DNA from: Bacteriovoracaceae bacterium
GTDB lineage: Bacteria > Bdellovibrionota > Bacteriovoracia > Bacteriovoracales > Bacteriovoracaceae
Length of the DNA: 64,000 bases
Direction: 5' to 3'
NCBI GenBank assembly: GCA_048270185.1
Contig: JBLWTJ010000001.1
Coordinates: 32,001 to 96,000, forward strand
Part shown: piece by piece, positions 1-10,565 of the stretch
Layout of the letters: each line of letters begins with the position of its first letter
Position numbering within the stretch: the first letter of the stretch is position 1
Translations under genes and position numbers: made by a program
Notes under the pieces: model-generated
What the model was told of the DNA's origin: nothing
Database searches by the model: none
Seen by the model: only the letters and a program-made list of their open reading frames with translations

Positions 1-2136
1 GAAGACAAAGAAAAAGCTGCTGCTCGCAAAGCAAAAGCTAAGGTGACTAAAGAGGAAGTTAAAGAAGATGATATCAACGATAAGGCTGGTCCTGTTGATG
101 CAACGACTAAAGCTAAGGACTCTAAGAATCGTCTAAGTGGTCTTGCTTCAATGTTAAGTGCTAAGAAAACTGTTAATCGTTCTCAAGCACTAAATGAAGA
201 AAGAGCGACTTCTGAACTCAAGACATATGCCCTTCAAGGAAGTGGCCGTCCAATGTATACGCAAGTAAAGAGAAAGCGTCAGTACTCTGGGCCAAGTAAG
301 TCAACAGAGATCACAGAAGTAAAAGAATCAAAAAGAGTAATTAAGTTACATGGTGGTGCTTATGCAGAACAACTTGCTAAGAAACTATCTATTAAACTTA
401 AAGATATGATCGACATGTGTCTTGACCTGAATCTACTTGTTAGAAATGGAGACTATATAGGTCTTAAGCTTGCAAGCCAGATTGCTGAACTTTACGACTA
501 TCGTGTTGAAGACCAATCTTTTGACGAAGATGCAATGCTAGGGAAGGAAGAGCTTTCAGAAGAAGAGCTGAATAAACTTCCACTTCGTGCTCCTGTTATC
601 ACAATTATGGGACACGTTGATCACGGTAAAACAACACTTCTTGATTACATTAGAAATGAGTCAATTGCAGAAGGTGAAGCAGGTGGTATCACTCAACATA
701 TTGGTGCTTATTCTGTTGATGTTAAAGGTTCACAACTTACATTTCTCGATACTCCAGGTCACGCGGCTTTCGGTGCAATGAGACAACGTGGTGCTGATAT
801 AACAGATATCGTTATTCTTATCGTTGCTGCAGATGATGGTGTTATGCCACAAACTGTTGAATCGATTAAATATATTCAAAGTGCAGGAAAACCAGTAATT
901 GTAGCTGTTAACAAAATGGATAGAGAAGGGGCCAACCCTGATCGAATCAAACAAGCTCTTACTGAGTACAATATCACTCCAGAAGAATGGGGTGGAGAGA
1001 CTCAATTCTGTCATATCTCAGCTCTAAAAGGTGATGGTATAGATGAGCTTCTAGAGTCGATTGCACTTCAAGCAGAAATTCTTGAACTTCGTGCAGACCC
1101 AGCAGGTCCTGCTGAAGGTGTTGTTATTGAATCAAGAATTGAGCACGGACGTGGTCCTGTTGCAACTGTTCTTGTTCAAACAGGAACGCTTCAAAAAGGT
1201 GACTCAATTGTTGTTGGTGAAACTTTTGGCCGTGCCAGAAGCCTAACTGACCATAAGGGAACGCAACATCCTAAAGTTGGTCCTTCATTCCCGGTTCAAA
1301 TTATCGGTCTAGCTGAAGCTCCATCTCCAGGTGATTCTCTAAACGTTGTTAAAAACGAAAGAGAAGCTAAGAAAATTGCACAAAATAGAATTGACGAGAG
1401 AATTAGACTTGAGACAGCTTCAACTGTTGCAGGACCTAAGGTTTCTCTTGAAGACTTCTTTGCAACTGCTGTTTCAGAAGAAGGTCAGAAGAAAGATCTT
1501 AATCTTATCATTCGTTCAGATGTACAAGGTTCTTTTGAAGCAATTAAAACTGCGATGGCAACAATCTCTAACCCAGAAGTTGAGGTTAAGGTTATCCGTG
1601 GTGGTGTAGGGCAAATTAGCGATTCAGATATTGAACTTGCAAATACTTCAGGTGCATTCGTTCTCGGTTTCAACATGAGACCTTCGACATCTGCACGTAA
1701 GCTTGCTGAACAATATGGAATTGATGTTAAAACATACTCAATCATCTATGAACTAATCAATGATGTTAAGCTTGCTGTTGAAGGTCTTCTTGATCCTGAG
1801 TTTACAGAAGAGTACATCGGTCGTGCAGAAGTTCGCGATACATTCTCTGTGCCAAAAGTTGGTACAATTGCAGGTTCAATCGTTGTTGACGGTTCGATCC
1901 AAGTTGGATGTAACGTACGTCTTCTTCGTGAAGGAAAAATTATGTTCGACGGGAAAATGTCTTCTCTTAAACGTTTCAAAGATGATGTTAAAGAAGTTAA
2001 GAATGGTTACGAATGTGGTGTTGGTCTTGAAAACTATAATGACGTTAAGATTGGAGATCTATTCGAAGCTTATAAAATGATTGAAAAGAAGCGTACCCTT
2101 GAAGATGTTATGACATCTGATTCGGCAATTCTTTAA
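1..2136 (+). CDS. infB: Translation initiation factor IF-2 (5' truncated by window edge)
   Basis: GHVDHGKTT, DTPGH and NKMD GTPase motifs, IF-2 C-terminal domains; frame is open from base 1; followed by rbfA-truB. Confidence 0.98.
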   Translation, partial: EDKEKAAARKAKAKVTKEEVKEDDINDKAGPVDATTKAKDSKNRLSGLASMLSAKKTVNRSQALNEERATSELKTYALQGSGRPMYTQVKRKRQYSGPSKSTEITEVKESKRVIKLHGGAYAEQLAKKLSIKLKDMIDMCLDLNLLVRNGDYIGLKLASQIAELYDYRVEDQSFDEDAMLGKEELSEEELNKLPLRAPVITIMGHVDHGKTTLLDYIRNESIAEGEAGGITQHIGAYSVDVKGSQLTFLDTPGHAAFGAMRQRGADITDIVILIVAADDGVMPQTVESIKYIQSAGKPVIVAVNKMDREGANPDRIKQALTEYNITPEEWGGETQFCHISALKGDGIDELLESIALQAEILELRADPAGPAEGVVIESRIEHGRGPVATVLVQTGTLQKGDSIVVGETFGRARSLTDHKGTQHPKVGPSFPVQIIGLAEAPSPGDSLNVVKNEREAKKIAQNRIDERIRLETASTVAGPKVSLEDFFATAVSEEGQKKDLNLIIRSDVQGSFEAIKTAMATISNPEVEVKVIRGGVGQISDSDIELANTSGAFVLGFNMRPSTSARKLAEQYGIDVKTYSIIYELINDVKLAVEGLLDPEFTEEYIGRAEVRDTFSVPKVGTIAGSIVVDGSIQVGCNVRLLREGKIMFDGKMSSLKRFKDDVKEVKNGYECGVGLENYNDVKIGDLFEAYKMIEKKRTLEDVMTSDSAIL

Positions 2137-2150
2137 TCATTGGAGTCGGC

Positions 2151-2507
2151 ATGAGTGGCAATAAGAAGAAACTTCAGTATGAAGAACAAATAAAAAACGA
2201 AGTAAATAAGCTATTTCGTACCGGAATGGACAATAGTGCTTTTACTTTCTGTTCTGTTACTAAAGTTGAAATGAGCCCTGATTTCTCAATGGCAAAACTT
2301 TACTGGGATACTTTTGATCCAAGTCGTAGAGGGGATATCAGTAAGGCCATGGAATCTGCCCTTGGGAAGATTCGTACTCACTTGGCCAAGACTTTACAAG
2401 TTAGGCATACTCCTGCACTTACAGCAGAGTATGACTCTCAATTTGAAGATGAGCAGGAAATTGAAAAACTTCTGCAATCTGAAAAAGATAAAGGTAAAAC
2501 TTTCTAA
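2151..2507 (+). CDS. rbfA: Ribosome-binding factor A
   Basis: VTKVEMSPDFSMAK and VRHTPAL motifs; position after infB. Confidence 0.93.
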   Translation: MSGNKKKLQYEEQIKNEVNKLFRTGMDNSAFTFCSVTKVEMSPDFSMAKLYWDTFDPSRRGDISKAMESALGKIRTHLAKTLQVRHTPALTAEYDSQFEDEQEIEKLLQSEKDKGKTF

Positions 2508-3475
2508 TGAGTAATAAAAGTAAGAAAAATAAAGGCCCAATTTTTGGGCCTTACTTTTTTAAAGTGGACAAGCCAAAGGGCATGACATCATTTGACGTTA
2601 TTAGACGCTTTAAAAGAAATCTTCCAAAGAATATTGGAAAAATAGGTCACTTTGGAACCCTTGATCCATTTGCTACAGGTCTTCTTGTCATTGGAATTGG
2701 GCCTGCGACTAGGCTTAATCAATACACTCAGTCTAATGCCAAAGAATATATTGCAACAGGAAGATTAGGTGTTATCACTCCAACTGGGGACTTCGATACT
2801 GATGAGTCGACTATTGAGAGAGTTGATTTTAACAATGTTACTTTTGATGAAGTCAGTAATGCTCTAAATTCATTTGTTGGTGCATATATGCAGAGTCCAC
2901 CTGCCTTTTCGGCCACTAAGCATGAAGGTAAGGCCCTTCATGAGTGGGCAAGACAAGGCGTTATTATTGAAAAACCACCTGTTGAGAGACAAATCTATGA
3001 GACTGAACTAATTGAGCTCTCTGGTGATAAAGTTATTTTTCGCGTTAGTGTATCTTCTGGGACTTATATTCGTGTACTCTTTGATGATCTTTCAAAGAAG
3101 CTTGGAACCCGTGGGGCCCTTGAAGATCTAAGGCGAACAAATTCAGCAGGTATTCTAGTTGAAGACTCAATTAATTTAGATATTTTTGAACAGGCCGACT
3201 TCAGTGCTCAAAACTTCCTTGAAACATACGCAATGCCAATCACTGAATTAATTGATTTTAAGCATATATTGCTGACAGAGGCAGATGCCAAGAGCTTTAT
3301 TAATGGCCAAAATCCGGTCGTTGAAGTTGAAAATGGCCTTTATTGGGTTAGGCAAGAAGGAAAAACCCTTGGATTAGGGCAAGTTAATGAAAATTTATTG
3401 AAATCCTGCGTGACATTTTGTCCTGTAGCGTTAGATAAAATCGATTTAACTATGTGTAATTCCTTAGACGAATAA
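2507..3475 (+). CDS. truB: tRNA pseudouridine(55) synthase
   Basis: DKPKGMTSFDVI, GHFGTLDPFATG, SSGTYIR motifs; synteny. Confidence 0.96.
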   Translation: MSNKSKKNKGPIFGPYFFKVDKPKGMTSFDVIRRFKRNLPKNIGKIGHFGTLDPFATGLLVIGIGPATRLNQYTQSNAKEYIATGRLGVITPTGDFDTDESTIERVDFNNVTFDEVSNALNSFVGAYMQSPPAFSATKHEGKALHEWARQGVIIEKPPVERQIYETELIELSGDKVIFRVSVSSGTYIRVLFDDLSKKLGTRGALEDLRRTNSAGILVEDSINLDIFEQADFSAQNFLETYAMPITELIDFKHILLTEADAKSFINGQNPVVEVENGLYWVRQEGKTLGLGQVNENLLKSCVTFCPVALDKIDLTMCNSLDE

Positions 3476-3527
3476 TTTCAAATCATGTTATACTTTGGAA
3501 AAATACAATCATTTAATAGGAGATAAA

Positions 3528-4370
3528 GTGAATACTACTTTAATCGCATTAGCTATTGCATTATTAGTTGTTGCAGGGATGATCGTACAGCTTGGGCTTC
3601 TGAGCTTACTATCAGGTGCTTTCTTCTTCCTTTTTGGGAAGTCTAAATTCGATCTTTTAAAGTCATCATCAGATGAGACTTTTGCCTTTGGTTATCGTTG
3701 GAATAATTCACGTGAACCAGCAAAGTTCAATCATGTTTCTGTTAGACTTTTCAATCCATTTGGTAAAAAGACTCAGGTAACTGTTTCTAGTGATTTTGCT
3801 GTTCAAGACAGTGACTTTGCAGTTGAAGTTAAATTAGGTCCTGCTTTTAAAGATATTCTAGCTACTGAGAACCTAGACAAGGCAACAGTTGAAATCGAAC
3901 TAAAATCAAAAGATAATGTTTCTCAAACACGCTCAATGAAGGCCCGTCGTTTCATCGAATTATATCGAGGTGCTACGGAAAGTGTTGAGGAATTCAATGA
4001 TAAGCATGGATATGTAAAACCAAAAACTTTCTATCACCAAAATGGCCGCTCTTTTATTGCTGAGCCACTACCGCAAACAGATATTCCTCTAGGGTTAAGA
4101 ATTGCTGCTAATCCACAATTTGCTGGAGAGTTTGCTGGTGCCGCTGGTGGTGGAGCAGCAGCTGCTGTTGAGAACTTTGCTGTTGCAAAGGTTTGGATTG
4201 AAGAGGGTTGTATTGTTTGTAATGCTTGTGAAGGGATCTATCCTGAGGTATTTGAAGTAACAGATACTAACTGTGTGATTCGTCCAGATGCGCCTCTTGA
4301 TAATGGACTTCTTATTCTTGAAGCTGCTGAAGCTTGTCCGACAGAAGTTATCAAATTCGACAAAGCTTAA
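3528..4370 (+). CDS. Membrane-anchored protein with C-terminal single-cluster ferredoxin
   Basis: N-terminal hydrophobic segment; CIVCNAC...CP at C-terminus after a Gly/Ala linker; GTG 3528 preceded by AGGAG (ORF track start 3495). Confidence 0.8.
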   Translation: MNTTLIALAIALLVVAGMIVQLGLLSLLSGAFFFLFGKSKFDLLKSSSDETFAFGYRWNNSREPAKFNHVSVRLFNPFGKKTQVTVSSDFAVQDSDFAVEVKLGPAFKDILATENLDKATVEIELKSKDNVSQTRSMKARRFIELYRGATESVEEFNDKHGYVKPKTFYHQNGRSFIAEPLPQTDIPLGLRIAANPQFAGEFAGAAGGGAAAAVENFAVAKVWIEEGCIVCNACEGIYPEVFEVTDTNCVIRPDAPLDNGLLILEAAEACPTEVIKFDKA

Positions 4371-4399
4371 TCTTAAAATTAAAATTTTGATTAGATATA

Positions 4400-4423
4400 G
4401 GGCCCGCATTTTGCGGGCCTTTG
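4400..4423 (+). terminator. Intrinsic terminator
   Basis: GGCCCGCA-ttt-TGCGGGCC followed by TTT. Confidence 0.7.
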
Positions 4424-4445
4424 TCGTCTATAGGGGGAAGAAGTA

Positions 4446-4964
4446 ATGATTACTCTTAGATACTTAACTCTAAATGATCGAGAAGAGTTTTTCCGCGCCA
4501 TTAATGAAGCCTGGGAAGAAAACTTTGACTTTGTTCACTACCTAGAAAGTCTTGCAGGTAATGACTTTGAAACCTATGTGAAGATTGCTCCTGAAATGGC
4601 CAAGGGCCAGCATCTTCCAAGTGGCCATGTTCCATGTGCCATGCTCTTTGCGTTCAATGATGAAGGAAAAATTGTCGGCCGAACTTCGATTCGTTTCGAA
4701 TTAACTGAACATCTCTTGAAAGTTGGTGGTCATATCGGCTACGGAGTATGCCCTAGTTTTCGTCGTCAGGGTTATGCCACTGAGATTCTGGCAAAAAGCT
4801 TAGAATGGGCCTCAGGTAATATTAAGGGCCTTAAAAGGGTTCTTGTCACTTGCGATGAAGATAATATCGGCTCTCGTAAGACTATTGTAAATAATGGGGG
4901 AGAGCTTGAGAGTATTATCGACAATGGTGGCGTTAATAAAATGAGGTTTTGGATAAATCTTTAG
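4446..4964 (+). CDS. GNAT family acetyltransferase
   Basis: GGHIGYGVCPSFRRQGYA acetyl-CoA motif; VTCDEDNIGSRKTI. Confidence 0.9.
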   Translation: MITLRYLTLNDREEFFRAINEAWEENFDFVHYLESLAGNDFETYVKIAPEMAKGQHLPSGHVPCAMLFAFNDEGKIVGRTSIRFELTEHLLKVGGHIGYGVCPSFRRQGYATEILAKSLEWASGNIKGLKRVLVTCDEDNIGSRKTIVNNGGELESIIDNGGVNKMRFWINL

Positions 4965-4974
4965 GCCCAGAATA

Positions 4975-5007
4975 AAGAAAACCCACCTTGGACGAGGTGG
5001 GTTTCTT
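4975..5007. terminator. Bidirectional terminator between convergent genes
   Basis: AAGAAAACCCACCT...AGGTGGGTTTCTT inverted repeat. Confidence 0.75.
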
Positions 5008-5037
5008 AATATTTTAATTTTTACTTCAATGGTTAGA

Positions 5038-8000
5038 TTACTTACCTTCCATTGGGTTGATGATTCTTAGGTATAATCCAAGAAGTTTAACGTTTCTCTT
5101 GATATCACCGTAACTGCTTTCAACTGTCTTAGTGGCCTTCGCTCCATTTAAGATTTCAGTGAAAACTGCATCTTGCTGCATATTCTGTTGAATTGTAGCA
5201 TTGTCAGTGTACTGTCTTAAGTATACAGTTCCAAGTTTCATCTGCTCATTAGCATTTAGACCTTCCATTACTCTTGCAACTAGTGGAAGTACAATGCTGT
5301 AACCATCTTCTGTAAGTTGTGGCATAGAGATCGCGTTTAAAATATTCTCTTTCTTTCTCTGTAAGTATGCCGCTTTATTTCCTGCTCCTAATTGAACAAG
5401 ATCTTCGATTTGACAGTATTGGTCATCGTATTCACAGTTAGCAATGCTAATTAGCTCTGGTAATACGTTTTGTGCCATTACATTTAAAATGTCATTTACT
5501 GTCGCTCCTCCAAAACCAAGCTCTGCTAGCATTGTATTGAATTGTGCATTTACGAAGTACTGACCACCTCTTTTCATTAGCTCACGCATTACTTTGTAGG
5601 CTTCAAGTTGTGTTACTTGATCTCCAATTAGAGCGTTCACTTGTGAATAAGTTGCCTGAAGCGCTTGAGCAATAGCTTGTGGCTCACCAACTGCTGATGC
5701 ATCATCTAAAGCCTTCTTGGCAGCCGCTAGAGTTTCAAGAGTAGCACCTGGTGCTGGCTCTGAATTTGCTAGTTGTGAAGCTGCAACGTGCATTTTCTCC
5801 CACTGAGTAAAGATCTCTGACCAGCGCTCGTCATGTACAATTGCTTGCATTACGGCCGCCTTAGAAATTAGGCTCCCTGATACATAAGAGTCTTCAGAGT
5901 AAGGAACATAAGCTCTTCTTCTATCTGACTTCTCTGCAACAAAGTCTTCTGTTACTTCATACTCATTACCATCAGCACCAGTAAATCTATTCGTTAGAAG
6001 ATCTTGCTTGTTAATATGGCTCACCCAGTAAGCTCTTGCAGGGTTAGCTGTTTGCTCGAAAGTATCGATATTTCCGTAAAGTAGACCACCCATTGCTGCG
6101 TAATTAGTTTCAACTTCACCAATTTCAACTTTAAATGCACTATCTAGGGCAACGTTTCTTCCTGTTTCAGAATCGTACACAAGTGGTGTTACAGTACCTG
6201 AAAGTACTTGGTTAACAGTTGCTTGAGTAATTGAATCTTTAATATCAATTCCAAATAGGTACTGCTCTAGTAACTGGTATGGAATTCTTAAAGAGTTCGA
6301 TAAGTATCTGTAAGAGTAAGACTCTGACTGTGTAAGAGCAATAAGAGCTGCTGCCTTATCGTACTCAATACCACGATTTCTTGCTCTTGAAGAAATATTA
6401 TCAACTGAGTAAGATTCATTCCACTTCGTTTCAACAACCATGGCCTTAGAGATATTAACCTCAAGTTCAGTACCATCATCAGCTTTTACAACTGTTTGTG
6501 ATGGTGCAATTGTTTCAACAAATCTCTTATTTCTTTGGGCCTGAGTTGCAAGTCCTACTCCTGGAGAAACCTCAGGTGTCGCAACAACAGACTGGAAGAA
6601 GAACATTGACTTAATCGTTGCATTAACAAGGTCATTTGTTGTTGCATCGTGTGCCGCTTGATCTGTTCCAGCAAATAACTCTGGAGTATAGATTAAGTGG
6701 TAGAATACTTCTTCGTTTAACATTCTAAGCTTAAAGAATTTATTAAGTGCCCATTCAAATGCTGCTCCACCAGTGAAGTTTTGACGTTGTCCTGGGAAGT
6801 AAATGTATTCGTACATTTGACGGTAATCTTGAATTTCATAATCAACGATTTCCTCAAATGATGCACCAAAGTCGTGTCTTTGACATTGTGGAGTATCTCC
6901 AGCATCTTCGTCTGAACAGAACTTGATTCTCTTTAAGTTAGCTTGCGCCATAATTGCTCTCTTAGAGATATCAGCAGGGTTACCTGTTTCTCCCATTAGA
7001 GCATCAATTACGTCTTGAATTTTTACTAAATGGTAGTACATACCTTTTTCAAATTCAGACTCAACTGGAGTAACTTTAACCGTTTTGCCGTTAATCGACT
7101 TAGAAGTAATTGGAGTTGATGTATAGTCATCAAGTTCAACCATTCCTGTATATGCTGCACGAAGTGCGTATACATCGTATGGAGCTAGTCCATCGTAAGT
7201 GGCATGGTCATCAATTGTGTAATCCATAACTGATGATGATGTTCTTTTCGATTCTTTCTCTCCTGGGAATAGCCAGTTCTTCTTATCGAATGAACCGATG
7301 AAGTTGTGACGTAGACCAAGGTTATGTCCGATTTCGTGAGCAAGTGTAGGCATCCAGATATCAATTAGAATATCGTTCTTACCTTCGTTTGTTTTTGCCA
7401 TTTCTAGAACATCGTAATTCTTAGCAAGGTTACTTAATGCAAACTGTGCAGATTCATGGTTACAGATTGGCGTTTTTCTTCCGTTCTCATCGTAATTCAT
7501 ACTGTGAACGATTTCAGCTCTTTTAGCTTCTACAGAATCTTCACCGTAGATTGCCTTTGCAAGTGCAACTTCATCTTTGTTTGCGACAGCTTTCCATGCA
7601 TTATGAAGAGCTTTTGAGTCTTTCTCACTTGCCTGTGAAAAGTGGCTTAGTGCTTCTTCTTCATCGTATTGGCTTGCCTTGAAGTCATTTTTCATTAGAC
7701 GGTGAGCGTCTTTGATCTTTGACATTCTATTGGCAATATTTGGAACTTTAATTCTATTAAGTAAGTTACTCTTAAAGTTGTGGTGCGCAATTCCGTGACG
7801 GTGAGAATTGATTTCAATTTTCTCTTTTGAGTTTGGAACTGTGTTTAATTCACCTTCAACTTCAACTTCAATTGTATCTTGTTGAGCCTGAGCCTGTGCT
7901 TGAGCAGCAGCCTTTTTTGCTTCGTGGTCTGCAAGTGCTTTTTGTATTGCAGCTTGGTTAGACTGAGCTACTAGGCTTTCAAGTTGCTTTGAAGGTGTCA

Positions 8001-10512
8001 TGTTTTTAACAAAGTTCTTCTCAGCTTTTGCTTTTTCGACCATCCAGTCAATTGAAGACTTCATGTTACCACCGTATAGGTATACAGAAGCTGATTCAAC
8101 GATTCCGTTTTTAGGGTTATATGAAGGACCACCAAGACCAATAATTGAACTTGAAGTTGCTTTCTCTACCCAGTAGATATGGTTACGTTGTAGATCACCT
8201 AAGTGAGTTTTTTCTGTTACTGGAATAGTTGCTGTTTTTTCAGCACCATCAAGATTGTATGTAACAGTATAGTTCTTTGTCCCTGCTGGAATTGAATCAT
8301 CTTTTTCAATTTCAAGAACGATTACATCTCCACGGCCTTCGTATTGAGTCCCTTTGAATGCTCTCTTAAAACCTTCATTGATATCATCAACAACTTTCTG
8401 AGAAGATAGAATAATCTTATTTCTTAGATCTAATTCAGTCTTAGTTAGAGTTCTAATTTTCTTACCAGTGTGATCGAATTGATCAGAAGGTATACCTGTT
8501 AGAACATACTTGATTTGTTTTCCATTTTTAATATCAAATACCATCGGAAGATCAACTGTTGCATCATGGTCACGTGTTGATTGGCTATATCCTTTTGGAT
8601 CTAACTTACTTCCAGTGAATAAACCAAAATTGAACTTCTTTTGCACTTCATATGAAAGGTCTTGATCCGGACCTTCTTGTACGTGATCGTACTTCATGAA
8701 AGTTGTTCTTTCTTTGAAGTTTAGAGTCTCGTTTTGTGGTCCCCAACCAGATCCACCAAAATCAGCACAGTCATATTGTCCACGCTTATATGTTTTAGAT
8801 AGAGTATAGTTAAGAACGTCGTCCTTGTTATCAACAGTTTGAACGATATTTTCAACTCTTCTTAGTCCTCTTTCTTCACCTGATGTACAAGCATTTTTAA
8901 TGTATCGATCTAGTGCTGTTTGTACATTACCAATTTGATCGTCGCTTAGGTCAACAACTGCAAAGGCAGTCTCATCGTTATGACTTGCAGGAACATAAGA
9001 ATTCTTATTTGTACGACTTGGTCTGAAGTATTCAGCTTCAAATTCCATTAATACTTCTGAGTCAACACTTGTTTTTCCATCTTTTTCAAGAATTGGTGCT
9101 GTTCTCATTACCTTGACGCGATCTGATTCAAATACAAATTTAACAATTTCAACATGGAAAGAGTTCTTTGAACCAGCAAAGCTGTAGTTGAAGATATTTG
9201 GTGCATCTTCAAGTACTCTTCTGAATGTATATTCTTGATTTTTGAATTTTTCAATTGGAAGCCAAGCTTCATTAATTTTATCTTTAAGCTCACTTGCTTC
9301 AACGAATTCTGGTTTATCATCTGACTTCACTAGTTTGATGAATTTTGCACTTTCTGGGTTAGTTGTTGTAATAACCTTTGTCGCTGCAAGAATATCAGAA
9401 TCTTCTTTATTATTGTTGTAAGCAACATCCTTATCATATGTGAAACTTACGTATTTAATATCTTTGCTAAACTCTGATCTTAGGAAACAATCTTCGATTG
9501 CAAGTTTTGCTTTCTTTGCTGTTTCTTCATCACATTGTGATAGGAGAGTGTTGAATTTTTTAGCGATTACAATTTGTAACTCATCATTTGTAAGTTGAGA
9601 ACGATCAAGAGCACGTGCAAAGTATGCTTTTTCTTCTTTGTCATCAACAACGATTTTCATGATATCAGTATCTTGAAATTCATGATTATCAATAAGAGAT
9701 TTATTTTGGAAAGACTCTTCTTCAAGGTAGTCAGATTTAATGTCTTTAATTGTAAAGACAGCTTCTGTTAGAGTCGATTTTCTATAGATCTCTTTAATTG
9801 AATCGATTTCAAGTCCAAAACCACCAGCGTATGTTCTATTCTTTAGAAGCGGGTCTAGTTTGAAGTGAGTTGATTCACCCTTTGTTCTTTCTGTATATTT
9901 AATATTTCTTGTTTCTTCATCAAGGTCATTTTTGATTTTCTCTCTAATAACGAAATCAACACCATATTGAAATAGTGGAATCCCATCCTCAAGCTCTGCA
10001 GCATTTAATGGTAGGAAGTCTCTTACGATTTTCTTATCTTTTTTATCGTCTCTTCCATTGTTAAGAGAATTTGCAATAAAAGTTCCAACAGACTCATCTA
10101 CTGGTGTCATTGTTGCAACAAGGTAGTTATTTGTTAGCTTGAACTTAATTTTAAAGCGCTTTCCTTCTTCTCCTGCAGGAATTAGTAGATCCTTAAGTAG
10201 AATACGGTAACTATCATCATTGATACTCTCAATTTCTGTTGTAAATAAGTTAGATCCTTCTGAACCTAAGCTTCCAACAACATCACTAACAGCAATATTA
10301 TTCTTTACTAAGTCTTCCTGTTTGGCTTGGCCAAGTGAGACAACGATTGCTTCGGCCGACGTAACTGTCGACATCGCTCTTACTTGCTCTTCTGCGCGAT
10401 CTGGTTCGTTTTCAGGTAAAGTCTTAGCACAACTCGACATGATTGCAGCAAGTGCAAATGCATGTGTGAGTCCTCTTAGCATGCTTGGTCTTTCGTTTTT
10501 CGTTTTTTTCAT
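5038..10512 (-). CDS. Giant lipoprotein, zinc metalloprotease (metzincin, EcxA/DUF4953-like)
   Basis: Lipobox IMSSC; HEIGHNLGLRHNF zinc motif and SSSVMDY Met-turn; 1824 aa. Confidence 0.85.
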   Translation of the reverse strand: MKKTKNERPSMLRGLTHAFALAAIMSSCAKTLPENEPDRAEEQVRAMSTVTSAEAIVVSLGQAKQEDLVKNNIAVSDVVGSLGSEGSNLFTTEIESINDDSYRILLKDLLIPAGEEGKRFKIKFKLTNNYLVATMTPVDESVGTFIANSLNNGRDDKKDKKIVRDFLPLNAAELEDGIPLFQYGVDFVIREKIKNDLDEETRNIKYTERTKGESTHFKLDPLLKNRTYAGGFGLEIDSIKEIYRKSTLTEAVFTIKDIKSDYLEEESFQNKSLIDNHEFQDTDIMKIVVDDKEEKAYFARALDRSQLTNDELQIVIAKKFNTLLSQCDEETAKKAKLAIEDCFLRSEFSKDIKYVSFTYDKDVAYNNNKEDSDILAATKVITTTNPESAKFIKLVKSDDKPEFVEASELKDKINEAWLPIEKFKNQEYTFRRVLEDAPNIFNYSFAGSKNSFHVEIVKFVFESDRVKVMRTAPILEKDGKTSVDSEVLMEFEAEYFRPSRTNKNSYVPASHNDETAFAVVDLSDDQIGNVQTALDRYIKNACTSGEERGLRRVENIVQTVDNKDDVLNYTLSKTYKRGQYDCADFGGSGWGPQNETLNFKERTTFMKYDHVQEGPDQDLSYEVQKKFNFGLFTGSKLDPKGYSQSTRDHDATVDLPMVFDIKNGKQIKYVLTGIPSDQFDHTGKKIRTLTKTELDLRNKIILSSQKVVDDINEGFKRAFKGTQYEGRGDVIVLEIEKDDSIPAGTKNYTVTYNLDGAEKTATIPVTEKTHLGDLQRNHIYWVEKATSSSIIGLGGPSYNPKNGIVESASVYLYGGNMKSSIDWMVEKAKAEKNFVKNMTPSKQLESLVAQSNQAAIQKALADHEAKKAAAQAQAQAQQDTIEVEVEGELNTVPNSKEKIEINSHRHGIAHHNFKSNLLNRIKVPNIANRMSKIKDAHRLMKNDFKASQYDEEEALSHFSQASEKDSKALHNAWKAVANKDEVALAKAIYGEDSVEAKRAEIVHSMNYDENGRKTPICNHESAQFALSNLAKNYDVLEMAKTNEGKNDILIDIWMPTLAHEIGHNLGLRHNFIGSFDKKNWLFPGEKESKRTSSSVMDYTIDDHATYDGLAPYDVYALRAAYTGMVELDDYTSTPITSKSINGKTVKVTPVESEFEKGMYYHLVKIQDVIDALMGETGNPADISKRAIMAQANLKRIKFCSDEDAGDTPQCQRHDFGASFEEIVDYEIQDYRQMYEYIYFPGQRQNFTGGAAFEWALNKFFKLRMLNEEVFYHLIYTPELFAGTDQAAHDATTNDLVNATIKSMFFFQSVVATPEVSPGVGLATQAQRNKRFVETIAPSQTVVKADDGTELEVNISKAMVVETKWNESYSVDNISSRARNRGIEYDKAAALIALTQSESYSYRYLSNSLRIPYQLLEQYLFGIDIKDSITQATVNQVLSGTVTPLVYDSETGRNVALDSAFKVEIGEVETNYAAMGGLLYGNIDTFEQTANPARAYWVSHINKQDLLTNRFTGADGNEYEVTEDFVAEKSDRRRAYVPYSEDSYVSGSLISKAAVMQAIVHDERWSEIFTQWEKMHVAASQLANSEPAPGATLETLAAAKKALDDASAVGEPQAIAQALQATYSQVNALIGDQVTQLEAYKVMRELMKRGGQYFVNAQFNTMLAELGFGGATVNDILNVMAQNVLPELISIANCEYDDQYCQIEDLVQLGAGNKAAYLQRKKENILNAISMPQLTEDGYSIVLPLVARVMEGLNANEQMKLGTVYLRQYTDNATIQQNMQQDAVFTEILNGAKATKTVESSYGDIKRNVKLLGLYLRIINPMEGK

Positions 10513-10565
10513 TTCTCTTACTACCTTGTTTGTTTTTTTCTTTCTCTTTTTTCTTAAATATATTT

